A stretch of 64,000 bases of DNA from Chiloscyllium plagiosum. Lineage: Eukaryota. The notes beneath the pieces were generated by a model, which worked only from the letters and a program-made list of their open reading frames with translations, did not search any database and was not told the origin of the DNA. Both the position numbers and the translations under genes were made by a program. The DNA lies in assembly GCF_004010195.1 (NCBI RefSeq), contig NC_057719.1, positions 50,386,302 to 50,450,301 on the forward strand. Reading direction: 5' to 3'. Position 1 is the first letter of the stretch; the number at the start of each line of letters is the position of its first letter. Of this stretch, positions 51,405-63,979 are shown piece by piece.

Positions 51405-52430
51405 TTAAACCTATGCCCTCTAGTTTTGGTCTCTGACCCCAAGGAAAAGAACCTTGTCTATTTACCCTATCCATACGCTAATGATTTTGTAAATGCCTAT
51501 AAGGTCACCCATCAGCCTTTGATGCACAAGGGAAAATAGCCCCAGCCTATTCAGCATCTCCCTATAGCTCAAACCCTTCAATCCTGGCAACATCTTCGTA
51601 AGTCTTCTCTGAATTCTTTCAAGTTTCACAGCATCCTTCATATACCAGGGAGACTAGAACTGCAGACAGTATTCCAACAGTGGCCTAACCAATGTCCTGT
51701 ACTGCTGCAACGTGCCCTCTCATCTCCTGTACTTGATACACTGACCAATAAAGGTAACTGTACCAAATGCCGCCTTCACTATCCTATCTACCTGTGAATC
51801 CACTTTCATGGAAGGTCTCTTTGTTCAGCAACTTTCCCCAGGACCTTACCATTAAGTGTATAAGTCCTGCCCTGATTTGCCTTACCAAAACGCAGCACCT
51901 CACATTTACCTAAATTAAACTACATTTATCACTCCGCGGCCCATTGGCCCACCTGATCAAGACCCTGTTGTAGTCTGAGGTAACCTTGTGGTCCACTACA
52001 CCTTCAATTTTGGTGTCATCTGCAAACTTACTAGCTATATTTCCTATGTTCACGTCTAAATCATTTATATAAATGACGAAAAGCAGTGGACCCAGCACCA
52101 ATCCTTGTGGAATACCACTGGTCACAGGCCTCCAGTCTGAAAAGCAAACCTCAATCCCCATCCTCTGTCTGCTATCTTTGAGCCAGTTCAGTATCCAAAT
52201 GGCGCGTTCTCCCTGTAATCCATGTGATCTAACCTTGCTGACCAGTCTAGCATGAGGAACCTTGTCGTACGCCTTACTGAAGTCCATGTAGATCGTCCAC
52301 CACACTGCCCTCATCAATCCTCCTCATTAATTCTTCAGAAACTCAGTCATGTTCTGAGACATGATTTCCCATGCACAAAGACATGTTGATTATCCCTCAT
52401 CAGTCCTTGCCTTCTAAATACATGTAAATT
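51405..52430 (-). mobile_element. CR1 LINE RT fragment
   Basis: ORF 51910..52317 [10 protein letters not shown]...[10 protein letters not shown]...SKFADDTK. Confidence 0.92.
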
Positions 52431-52677
52431 TCTCTAGTGTCAGCTGTTGATGTTCAATCAGCAATAGGAATTAGCAAATTGGCACTGCAACACAGTGACA
52501 TGAAGGTAATGGATTCATTGCAGGGTCAAGCTATTCAAGATAAATTGGTCCCAGATTATCATGTTTATATTTATGAATAATGATTGGAGTAAGTTACAAA
52601 TTTATATAGCTATTATCTCCATTTTGAGTTCAAGTAAATGCTGGAATTGATGTGTTTCTTTTTGACTTTAAATTCAG

Positions 52678-52759
52678 TTACCTGATCTGAAAGATGTTGA
52701 AGCTGTACAGAAGTTTTTTCTCGAAGAGGTCCAGTTGGGAGAAGAATTGCTGGCAAGAG
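52678..52759 (+). CDS. TOMM20: TOMM20-family exon 3 (LPDLKDVEAVQKFFLEEVQLGEELLAR)
   Basis: ttcag| acceptor, G|gtaaat donor, 82 nt; near-identical to TOMM20 LPDLKDAEAVQKFFLEEIQLGEELLAQ. Confidence 0.96.
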
Positions 52760-53369
52760 GTAAATCTTGAATGTTACTGCTTATTATATATATTTCTTCC
52801 AGACCAGACCAGATTTTGTAACCAAAGTTGTATAATAAGGTCCCAGAAAGCTTTAAATTAATTGGTGGGGTGGGATCCCGGCAGGAAGGAGTTTGGGAGA
52901 GAGGAAATGAGAACTTACTGAGCAAGAGATATGGCGGTATTATTGGGCAGTTATTTAGAGTGGGACTGGAAGGGATTGTGTATATAGAAGTGCAATTGTG
53001 GGTCTACATAGAGCACTTGCGCTGGAGCGGTTGAAGAAGGTAACTTACCACCACCTTCTCAAAGGCAATTATGGATGGGCAATAAATGCTGGTCAGCCAA
53101 TGGTGCTTACACCCATGAGAGAATCAAAAGTCCCCAGGAAAAAAAAAGCAAGATATAGTGTCAAAAGAGGAAAAATGGTAAAAAGGCAAAATTAATGACT
53201 CATTACTTGAATGTGCCTACTATCTTGTACAAAATAAATATTGTAACAGCACAAGTACAGGTTAACTGGTATGATCTTGTAGTCGCTACGAAGACATGGT
53301 TACAAGGAGATCAAAGCTGGAAATTTAAATATTTATGGATACGTGATTTTTTAAAGGATAGACAAGAAG

Positions 53370-54505
53370 CAAAAAGTGAAACAAACATACAGTACTGGAG
53401 AAACTCAGCAGGTCTGTCAGCGTCTTGTAGAGAGAAAACCAGTTGATATTTCATGTCCGTTATGGCTCCTCTTCAGAAATATCTTCACAGATGTTACCAG
53501 TCATGTTGAGTTTCTCAAGCATTCTGCAGTTGTTTCATATTTTCAGCATCCACAGTGTTTTGTTTTTATAGTAAGGAAAGTGTCATGGGTAGCGTTATTG
53601 ATAAAGAATAAATATGATAGAAAATAAAAATAAATGAAACAAAGAACTGTGGATGCTGGAAATCAGAAATGGAAAAAGATGTTGTGGGGAAAGCTCAGCA
53701 GGTCTGGCAGCATTTCTGGTGAGTTAATGTTTCAGGTCCAGTGACCCTTCAGAACTCTAAATGAACAGGTTAAGTGCAGGTAAAAGGCCAGAGAGAGTGA
53801 TCCAGGAGGCAGGAGATTGTTGGAGGTGGGTGGAGGGGTCTGAAGGACAGAAAGAGGATTCTTGCCCAAAGAAATAGGCGTGAAGGTGATGGAAACAGAG
53901 TTCAACATTATGTTGTACCTGAAATTCGTTGAGGTGGGGTGCAGAAAGGTAAAACTAAGACTTTTTTGCTGAGTACGGAACAGTCAGTGTCAGAGAATAG
54001 AAGGTCAAAAGGTATAGTAAATGCACAACACGAGCTGGGGTTAGCAGAGGAGATGGAGTCAGAAGGAGGGAAAGAGAAGGAAGAAAGTTTCTCGAAAACA
54101 TGGGTATGTCTAAGTTGTTGCATTTGGCATTCCTTAATGTCTGGAATGAAATGAAAAAGATTTTTGTCAGCATGTCAAATAAGCTGGAGGATGAACTGGA
54201 ACTGGGGGTTAGGGCAGCATTGAACCAGTGGTAATGGAAAGAGAGGTCCAATGTCTGCATATGGCGACACATGACACTGAGTGTAGATCTGTGAATGGTG
54301 GCGGGGTCAGCTGTTTGAGGAGCATTCTACGTCATCGAGATACCTCAGTTTCTGGGTGAAGTCAAAACACGGATGAAATTGCTCTTGGAACATTGAGGGT
54401 GAACTGGAGGCAGTCACTGGGTTTAGAAAAAAGGTCACGAGGCTAGAACATTAACTCTGCTTTTTCTCTCCAAAAGCTGCTAGACCTGAGTTTTCACAGC
54501 AGTTT
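53370..54505. mobile_element. Two older PLE-type insertions with inverted pLTR arms and decayed hammerheads (~53370-53570; ~53635-54505)
   Basis: CAGATGCTGCCAGACCTGCTGAGTTT-type repeat in opposite orientations at both ends of each; rc CTGAAGGGTCACTGGACCTGAAACATT near 53725-53753. Confidence 0.6.
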
Positions 54506-54510
54506 ACAAT

Positions 54511-55660
54511 GTCATAGAGATGTACATCACTGAAACAGAACCTTCAGTCCAACCTGTCCAGGCTGACCAGATATCCTAAATTAATCTAGTCCCATTTGCT
54601 AGCACTTGGCCCATATCCCTCTAGATGCTTCTTATTCATATACCCATCCAGATGCCTTTTAAAAGTTGTATTTGTACTAGCCTCCACCACTTCCTCTGGC
54701 AGTTCATTTCATACACACACCACCGTTTGCATGAATAAATTGCCCATTCGGTCCCTTTTTAAATCTTGCCTGTCTCACCTTAAACCTATCCCCTCTAGTT
54801 CTGGGCTCCCCCAGTCCTGGGAAAAGACCTTGTCTATTTACCCCATCTATGCCCCTCATGATTATATAAACCTCTGAATGGTAACCCCTCAGCTTCCATT
54901 CTCTAGCGAAAGCAGCCCCAGCCTATTCAGCGTATCCCTCTAAACCTGCCAACATCTTTGTAAATCTTTTCTGAACCCTTTGAAGTTTCAAAACATCTTT
55001 CCTGTAGCAAGGAGACCAGAGTTGCAGACAGTATTCCAAAACTGGCTTAACAAATGCTCTGTACAGCTGCAACATGATCTCCCAACTCCTTTACTCAATG
55101 CTCTGACTCATAAAGGCAAGCATACCAAACGCCAACTTGACTATCCAGTCTACCTGCGACTCCACTTTCGAGGAGCTATGAACCTGCACTCCAAGGTCTC
55201 TTTTTCAGCAACACTCCTCAGGACCTTACCATTAAGTGTATAAGTCCTGCACTGATTTGCCTTTCCAAAATGCAGCACTTCACATTGATCTAAACTAACT
55301 ATTTGCCAATTCTCAGCCCATTGGCCCATCTGATCAAGATCATGCTGTACTCTGAGGTAACCTTCACTGTCCACTACACCTCCAGTTGTGGTGTCATCTG
55401 TAAACTTATTAACTATACCTCTTATGTTCATATCCAAATCATTTATATAAATGATGAAAAGCAGCAGACCCAGCACCCGATCCTTGTGGCACACCACTGG
55501 TCACAGGCCTCAAGTCTGAAAAGCAACCCTCCACCACCATCTTCAGTCTCCTATCTTTGAACCAATTCTGTATCCAAATGGCTAGTTCTCCCTATATTCC
55601 ATGTCATCTAACCTTGCTAATCAGTCTACCATGAGGAATCTTGTTGAACGCCTTACTGAA
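54511..55660 (-). mobile_element. CR1 LINE 3' part
   Basis: LGLLLFIIYINDLD...KFTDDT; tail rc ctctatgac at ~54511. Confidence 0.92.
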
Positions 55661-56028
55661 GTTATGTTTTTGAGCAAAATATTATGTTCAATTGGAAGAT
55701 GTAGAATTCCTATTGGTTGAAGGTAAGAAACAAAAAGGGAAAGAAGACACTGGTAGGAGAATTCTGTCAGCCCCCTAACAGTAGCTATACTGTGGGATGT
55801 AGGATAAATCAGGAGATTAAGGGCCTGGAGCAGCAAGGTAATCATAGGTGATTTTAATCTTTGTCGATAGAGATAGTCTCATTGGCAGAGGAAGCCATGA
55901 GGAAGAATTCTTAAAGTGCAATTTGGACACTTTCCTCGAGCAATATCTTGCAGATCCAACCAAACAAGGGATCAAGCTATTTTGAATCTGGTGAGGAGTA
56001 TGTCATTAGGCAGGTTTAATACATGATG

Positions 56029-56670
56029 TGTTGTGGGTAAATCACAAGTTAATTTTAATTTGGCTAGTTATTAAGAAATCTCTCAGACAATCAAATACAG
56101 AAACAATGATTTAAACTTTATTGCATGTAGCAATCAAAATAAGCCTCAAGCAAGTTAAGCCTCACAACCCACCTTGGATATTACCCAATTAGTGATGGAA
56201 TCTGGCCAAGATTCATTAGACATCTCGTGTTGGATTCTTTATATATTTTTCTTTTTTTCAAATTTGTGATTTGACATTATTAATGACTTTATTGATTCTT
56301 TCATCCTCAACTTTGATTACTTTCCTGGAGACCTCGAGTCTGTAGCTTGACTTGTTATCAGGAATAGCTCCCCTCCCGCCCCCCTCTGTTCCATTTGGGT
56401 TAGTTATCTACTCAAAACAGTGTTTCCTGCAATCAACTGCTTAAATTTTTCTGCAGGGCAATCCTTGTTCTTAATTGGCAATAAAACATCCAGTTTATTA
56501 AGCAGGTGTCAAAATGGTTTTGTTTATACAATCTTGCCAAGACATGGCTAATTGCTTTCAGTCTCTTGTCTTCTCGCTTTTATCTTGAGAAACCATTTAT
56601 TCCAGAAAGAGTTATTGCTGATTCTTTCAATCCATTAAGTTATGAAAGTTGTGAAATTTACATTGTCACA
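56029..56670 (-). mobile_element. Solo LTR (642 bp) with 4-bp TSD, inserted in an old plus-strand CR1 APE region
   Basis: TGT...ACA termini; GATG at 56025-56028 and 56671-56674; minus-strand TATA-like (~56240) and AATAAA (56117-56122); flanks rejoin as CR1-like AGLIHDARIKDLQGDSNHSMVEF. Confidence 0.8.
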
Positions 56671-56954
56671 GATGCCAGAATAAAAGACCTCCAAGGAGAC
56701 AGTAACCATAGCATGGTAGAGTTTAGCATTGTTTGGGAGGGAGGAGCTAATGTCAGAAACAGTTGTGCTGCGCTTAAGTTGTGCTGGCGAGAGTGGTTTG
56801 GAAATGGAGCTTATTAGCAAATATGGTTGAGGAATAATAGATGTTTAAGAAAATAGTTCATGATTCACAGCAAAGATACATTCAAGTGAGGAAGAAAAAT
56901 TCTAGGAAAGAACCATAGTTTACTGGAGAAGTTAAGGATAGTATCAATTGATTT

Positions 56955-59680
56955 TAATTAAAGACCTTTTAAAATGTTTTACAAAACATCCATATACAAA
57001 AAAACCCACCAGAAAACAGAAAAGTAGGGGCAGTACAATAAAGTCATAATGTGATACTATTAGTAATGAGTGATCTATTATTCTACCAGAACAAACTTAT
57101 CTACTTAACTTAAACTAAGCTGCAAACAAATTAAATAAATATTAAATTAAACTAAATTCAAGTAACTTAAATTATATCTCACTACTTTATTCTGTTTCAC
57201 TCATCACACCTCCACTGAGGCTCCCATCCCTGGGAACACCATCTACAGTACCCATAATCTTTATCCCCCAGCCTCCCCTCTCCCAGGGCCTCATGGGCAC
57301 CCATACTGATTCCCATGGCTGTAGCACGGCCCTAATTAATATCGCTGATAAGTCTGCGTCAATATAAATTAAAAAGGGCTGCCACGTCTTCTAAAAATGC
57401 TTCTTTTTGTGCTGCACCATATTTGTGAGAGAATGTTGGGGGAGATGCTCCATCACCAGCATATGCCACCCCATAAGACTTGGTGGTTTTTCCAACGTCC
57501 AATTCACTAGAATGTTCTTCCTTGCACAGTGGGTAAGAATATTACACATTATCTTCCCATGTTCCCCCAAAGAGGGCAAATTTAGCAACTCCAAAACAAG
57601 AAATACTGGATCTGCATTAATTTCAATCCCCAGGATGTCCTTTAGCTCCCTTGCTATAGCACTCCAGTATCTCTGGATCTTACAGCATGACCAGTAGCAG
57701 TGTGAGAGAGTGCCCATACTAATTTTACATTTGGGACACCCTGATGACGTTTCTCTCTTAAACCTAGCTAACCTCTCTGGTGTCACATGAGCCCTGTGTA
57801 AGATCTTCAATAGCACAGCCTGTGCTCTGTTACATACTGAAATTTTCCTTACATTTCTCCACAAATCCTCCCATACTTCCGATGAAATATAATGTCCTAG
57901 CTCCTGATCCCATGTCCGACACTGTCCTTCCACGTCCTTCAAGGCACGACCTTTCAGTAAATGATACAAGATACTGACTGAAAGATCACCTATACACTGG
58001 AGTACTCTTTTGTTTTCCACATCTGACTTGCAACACTGAGCCAGGAATGTGATCTTCCTCTGTATATAATTGTTTATCTGAAAGTACTGGAGAAGGTCCC
58101 TGTTAGACAGTTCATATTTCTGGTTGAACTGACTAAATGACATCAAGACCTCCCACTTGCACAAATCTCCCAGGCATGAGATTCCCTTATTCTCCCATAA
58201 CTTAAAGCCAGAGTCCATTGCCCCAGGTTTAAATCCTTGTGCTCCCACCAATTGGGTAAACGACGAGGTCTTTGACCAATTGCCCTCGTCTTGCCTCATT
58301 ATCATCCAGGCTTTCACCGTATTTAAAATAATTGGATTCTTAGACTACTCGGTCACGGGTTTCATCTTATCCATAAATAATAAATTAACTAGAGGACATC
58401 TTGACTGCAAGGCTTCAACGTCAAGCCAAATTGACTCCGAATTCCCCTGTACCCAGTCACCAACATATGCTAACGGGGCGCTTATTTGATATTTCAAATT
58501 CCCGAAGATCCGCCCCTCCCTCATCATGAAAAGCTGCAATTTAGTGAATTTAATTAGAGGACGCCTGTGTACCAAATAAAGGACCCTAGCTGACCACTGA
58601 GCCTCCATAACACTCGTCTGGGTAGCAACAATGGGACCATTTTCATGGGGTACAATAGGCGAGGAAGAACATTAATTTTATCAGGGCTGTTCGGTCCAAC
58701 CATGATAACGGTAACCCCTCCCACCCGCTGCAAATCCTGTTTTATCCTCTGCAATAGTTGTACATAGTTAGCTTTATACAGCTGGTGGAAGGAAGGAGTA
58801 ATAAAATTCCCAAATACAAAAAACCTTTTGACGACCATCTAAATGGGAACTGCACTCCATCCTTCAGATTAGGCACCACCACTAATCCTTCCACTGGCAA
58901 GGCTTCCGATTTTGTAAAATCAATCTTGTAGCCTGAGATACTGCCAAATAAATTAAATGTTTGAATCGCTCGAGGAACAGGCTCCTCTGGATTGGCCAAG
59001 AACAAAATGACATCATCAGCATATAGGGTGATCTTATGCTCCCCATTCCCACCCTTGGCGTCACTATTTCAGGATCCCTTCTGATAGCCTCAGCTAATGG
59101 CTCAATTGCCAAGGTGAATAACATGGTGAGAGAGGACACCCCTGTCGACTACCAGTATTAAGGTTATCTGACTGAGCATCATTTGTAATGACTGCTGCCT
59201 TAGGATCATTATACAGTACTGCCACCCATCTGGCAAAGGATCCCCCTAGACCAAAGGGCTCTAGGACCCCAAACAAATACAGCCATTTTATCCAATCAAA
59301 TACCTTTTCTGTGTCTAGGGAGACCACTAAACCTGGGATTAATCTTTGCTGGCATACCTGGACTATGTTCAGTATCTTCCTGATATTGTTGGAGGAGCTA
59401 CAGCCCTGAACAAAACCAGTCTGATCTTTTATAATATGGGGAAGGACCTTTTCCAACCTCAGAGCGAGCATCTTGGATAGAATTTTAAATTCTATATTCA
59501 ACAGTGAAATTGGTCTTTGTGAAGCACACTCTTTGGGGTCTTTCCCCTTCTTTAAAATGAGGGAGATACTAGCCTCCCTAAGAGAAGGTGGCAGACAATC
59601 CTGTGCATATGAATAGCTATACATCCCCAGAAGTGGCTCCACTAACACGCTTATGAATCCCTTATAGAATTCCCTCTAAT
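56955..59680 (-). mobile_element. L1-clade LINE, 5'-truncated ORF2 (RT and C-terminal CCHC region) plus 3' UTR
   Basis: RPISLLNIEFKILSK, DQTGFV, GSRQGCPLSP, LYADD, SGYKIDFTKSE, INVLPRLLY, CPKC...SHCYWSC; frameshifted. Confidence 0.92.
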
Positions 59681-60144
59681 TTTCTTAATGGCTGTGCCAG
59701 CCTCCAAGGCCCGTGTGCGACAGTAATTTCAAGAACTAGATGTCAGTGCCATGATTGGTATGCAGACACCGATGGCCGTGTGTAGAACATCGGAATAGCT
59801 AAAGATGTAGGATATCGGTACCACAGTGGTTTTACAAAGGGAGTTTGTGTTTTGACCCAGCAGTGAAGGAACAGCAATATAATTACAAATCAGAATGGTG
59901 TATGGCTTGTAGGGAAACTTCCCAAGCCTTTGTGACATTTGAGAAGATTTGTAGCTCAGGTTGTGGTTCACTTCTAAGTTTGCTCGCTGAGCTGGAAGTT
60001 CTTGAACCTCTGCAGTGTTCCATCGCTGATGCACAGTGACAGCAGTGTGTACTGCCTACACAATGGAATACAGCAATTTGTCTGACTCCCTATATAGCAC
60101 TTTCAAAATGTGCAACCTTTACCACCTCGTATGACAAAGCAGCA

Positions 60145-60545
60145 GATCAGGTTGTAAGTTTGCTTGCTGGGCTGGAAGGTTTGTTTTCAGACGTTTCATC
60201 ACCATGCTAGGTAACATCACCAGTGAGCCTCCAGGGAAGCGCTGGTGTTCTGTCCCACTTTCTATTTGTGTCTTGGTCTGTTAAGGTGTGTGTTATCATT
60301 TCTGGTTCTTTTTCTCATAGGTTGGTAAAAGTGGTCCAAATCGATGTTTATTGATGGAGTTCCGGTTTGAATGCCAGGCCTTTAAGGAATTTTTGTGCGC
60401 GTCTTGGTTTAGCCTGCCCCCTTGATGGATGTGTTGTCCCAGTCAAAGTGGTGTCCTTCTTTTTATGTAAGGATAATGGTGAGAATGGGTCATGTTTTTC
60501 GGTGGTTAGTTGGTGTGTACCCTGGTGGCTAGTTTTCTACCTGTC
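60145..60545 (-). mobile_element. Penelope-like fragment (same family as 18454-19281); detached tail piece at ~59935-60005
   Basis: rc TCA-CTGGTGA-TGTTACCTAGCATGGTGAT-GAAACGTC-TGA hammerhead relic; GIY-YIG end GHHFDWDNTSI. Confidence 0.82.
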
Positions 60546-60812
60546 GAAAAGGTATTGGCTGTTAGGTCTTTTACTAACCTGTACTTCAATGCTATCAATG
60601 TTTGTAGTTTCGACATGAACGAAATCTGTTGCAAATGGAAAACTTGAGGCTTGCTATGGAAATCCACTGTCTGGTTTGTTGAACTATGTAGACAGAGAAC
60701 AAGGTTTCATCACTTTTTTTTTTGGTGTATGTATTGAATTAAAAGCCAGGAGCTGCCAGAGGCTGCAAGCTCTTGCTCCTGCAATCCTTACTGGAACTGT
60801 TGATTTGCATCA

Positions 60813-61131
60813 GGCGGCACGGTGGCACAGTGATTAGCACTGCTGCCTCACAGAGCCAGAGACCGGGTTCAATTCCCGCCTCAGGCGACTGACTGTGTGG
60901 AGTTTGCACGTTCTCCCCGTGTCTGCGTGGGTTTCCTCCGGGTGCTCCGGTTTCCTCCCACAGTCCAAAGATGTGCAGGTCAGGTGAATTGGCCATGCTA
61001 AATTGCCCGTAGTGTTAGGAAAGGGGTAAATGTAGGGGTATGGGTGGGTTGCGCTTCAGCGGGGCGGTGTGGACTTGTTGGGCCGAAGGGCCTGTTTCCA
61101 CACTGTAAGTAATCTAATCTAATCTAATCTG
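60813..61131 (+). mobile_element. Young full-length HE1-type V-SINE
   Basis: tRNA head, V-domain, (AATCT)n tail; highly similar to the reverse complement of 43586-43901. Confidence 0.95.
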
Positions 61132-61219
61132 AATCAGCAGTGAAGATTTGTGTGGTTCAATACTAACCAAACTAGAGTTGATGTACAAACATGGAATGTG
61201 AGTTTTTAGAGGATGCAAG

Positions 61220-61675
61220 TGTGGTGAAACGGTTAAAAATTATGTCCCAATACATGTGTGAATCTAACCGGAATGGAGGTGTTGCTTAGTCCCGTGTGAA
61301 TCTTATTACACACCTCCCCGTGTGAATCTTCTTATCTGTATGTAACCAGAATGGAATGTGTTTTTTAGCCTTGCTCTGCTGTTCACATGAATGTTTATAT
61401 CTGGAAAAGAGTATATCAGCTGGAAAAGTCTCCAGTTCGGTGAGTCTGCTCCGGGGTTACGTTTAACCGCCGAGCGTGGGTTGTTGGCAACCGCTCTACG
61501 AGAACTGACGGCTCCCAGTTCCGGTAACATGTAGAGTGAGTATAAGCCAGACCCGTTGGTTGTGGCGACGCTGCGGGGAATAAAATGCCCATATTCTAGC
61601 AGACTCGCCTCTTGGTCGTTTGTTCTGTGTCAGACTACTCTCCTACGAACCTGACCTTGAGAATTTTTTAAAACA
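61220..61675 (+). mobile_element. Solo LTR (456 bp) with 5-bp TSD
   Basis: TGT...ACA termini; GCAAG at 61215-61219 and 61676-61680; AATAAA at 61579-61584; three copies of GTGTGAATCT in the U3-like part; CpG-rich. Confidence 0.82.
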
Positions 61676-62146
61676 GCAAGTAAGTGTCTTCAGGATCAGA
61701 ATGATTGAAAGATGGGGAAAGAGTAATTATTATGTGCTAACTCAATGAATGAACAAAATATGTCCTAAATTGAAATATTTTTAATATTAACATGAATTCT
61801 CTGCACATGAGCGGTACCTGAGAAGATGCATTTATTGCTCATTTCTAGTTACCCTATGATGGTGATGTTTGAGCCTTCCTGAAACATCTATCCTGCTAGT
61901 GGTAGTTTTTATTTTTTCCCATTTTGGATGAAATTAATAAGTAGATGTGGGGACTTCACTCATGTATAGGCCAGGGAGCGGTGCCAAATATTAAACTGGT
62001 TGAAATCCAGCTTTTTTAAAGCTGCTTTTTCTGGACCCAGCCCATAAAGTACCTGAATTATTAAATTAATTTTAATTTACTGAAGTGATTGTTGAACTCT
62101 CAACCTGTTAGCAATCTATAACTTCAACACTACTCTTGATTTTCAG

Positions 62147-62289
62147 GTGACTATGAGAAAGGAGTTGATCATTTAAGTAATGCTGTATCGGTCTGTGGTC
62201 AGCCACAACAGCTATTACAAGTTCTTCAGCAGACACTACCACACCCAGTGTTTCAAATGCTCATCCAAAGATTACCTGCTGTAAGACAG
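62147..62289 (+). CDS. TOMM20: TOMM20-family exon 4, TPR/Q-rich region (GDYEKGVDHLSNAVSVCGQPQQLLQVLQQTLPHPVFQMLIQRLPAVRQ)
   Basis: ttttcag| acceptor, CAG|gtatgc donor, 143 nt; signature VCGQPQQLLQVLQQTLP. Confidence 0.96.
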
Positions 62290-63979
62290 GTATGCACATA
62301 TTCATTTTTGTATGCATTTCAAACTATTCACTCTTTTGATTCAATATGTTGCACATATAGTCAGCTGAAAATAAAGAAAATGTTCTGTTTATAGAAACTA
62401 CAGTGTCCTAAGGTAGATGACCTACAGATTAGCTAAGAATCTCCAAAAATGGATTTGTTTTTGTATTTCAAATCCCATTAACTTCAAATTGGTCACCAAG
62501 GAATACTAAAAAGCTAGGACTTAAGACAGATTTTTAGCATATTGGGAATGGGCAAGAAAGTGGAATTGAAACCCTATATGTGCTATGATAGCATTAAATG
62601 TTGGAGCAGGCTTGTTTTGGACTGTATGTAGTCAAATCCATCAATCATGTGTTTCCAAGACCTGTTTTGCCTAGATAACAGGAAGAAAATTGAACTCAAA
62701 TGTTTGCCCAACAGACAGTCTGGGGCTATAATGCAAACTGCTAAGGTGTTATATCTAACCTACCAATGGGCCTCCAAATAAACAAAGAAGAGATTATGCA
62801 AAGTACGAAATGAGGGAAGGCGCACACAGGAGGGGATGAGGGAAGGGCAACCTCATGCAGGAGTGGGTGCAATAGAAAGAGAAACAGAGATAGTGAGCAC
62901 ATGATGAAGACAGGGCCCGAGATGGTGGATGTGATGGAGGGAGGGACAGTGATGGAGAGCACAAAAGGCCTGAGAAATTTTTTTTATCTAGCCACCTATG
63001 TATCTAGGTTTAATAATTCTATCTAGGCTAATTTACATGAAGACTTTGACACCAAGAAAAAAAATCTAAATTGGCTTCAGTTTGCAAAGTTTTCTGTTCA
63101 GTAGTTATTTGGAATTACACTGATTCCCATATTACCTTTTTGGGAAATTGAGGGACAAACAATCAGTTTAAATCATAAGCAAAACTCTGAATCCATGTGT
63201 TTAGAAAACTAGAGAAGCTTGCTTATATTATTTTGGGATATGCAAGGACATGTCTTTATTCCTTTGGAAACTTCTTTTTGCAATACCTAAGGATTGTACC
63301 AAATCTACTTGAAAATATTACTCATGAGGTACAATAGAATAAGAGTTAGTCCGTCTTAACTGGTGTTACAGTCAGTGTTTTTTTTAAAAAGGAACTCTAA
63401 GACAAAGGCAACCTGAATTCCAATGGAAACTGAGTCACAAACATGAACAATCATGCCTAATATTTTGCCAAATTTTCCATTTTAGGTAATATATTGAAAA
63501 CTCTACCTTATTACGAACTCAATTACAAATAAAACTATTTAGGATTTCTCTGCACCTGTTTGCTTTAGTGTGTGCAAGGGTAACCTTGATTCATAGAATA
63601 CCTATGAAACAAGATTATCTTTATACACACTAAAGCAAATAGACACAGAATCTTAAAGTTTTATTAGTAATTAGGTTTTTAATAATATCATCAAGTTTTC
63701 AATTTATTTACTAAAATGGAAAATTTGGCAAAATGTTTGGCAAGTTTGAAGTGAATTTTCTTATTGTTGTCTTGTTGTGAAAGGATTATATTTGGAAACA
63801 AAGGTATGCGAAAACAAACAACTTGAAATTTTTCAAACGTAACAGGAAAGCTTAAACATTTTATCAGGAGTATGAAGTGAAATTACTACATCAAACACTT
63901 TTTCAAAATATTTTTTGTTCTGCAATAGAACAAAACATTTGCTTTTTTCTACTAAATAATAAATGTGAATTTCTTTCAG

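Noticed and set aside
57391..58317. 308-aa ORF as a standalone gene
   Set aside because: It is the C-terminal part of a frameshifted L1-clade ORF2
60813..60885. tRNA gene (A and B boxes; also in the other SINE heads)
   Set aside because: Continues into the V-domain and LINE-like tail, so it is a SINE head
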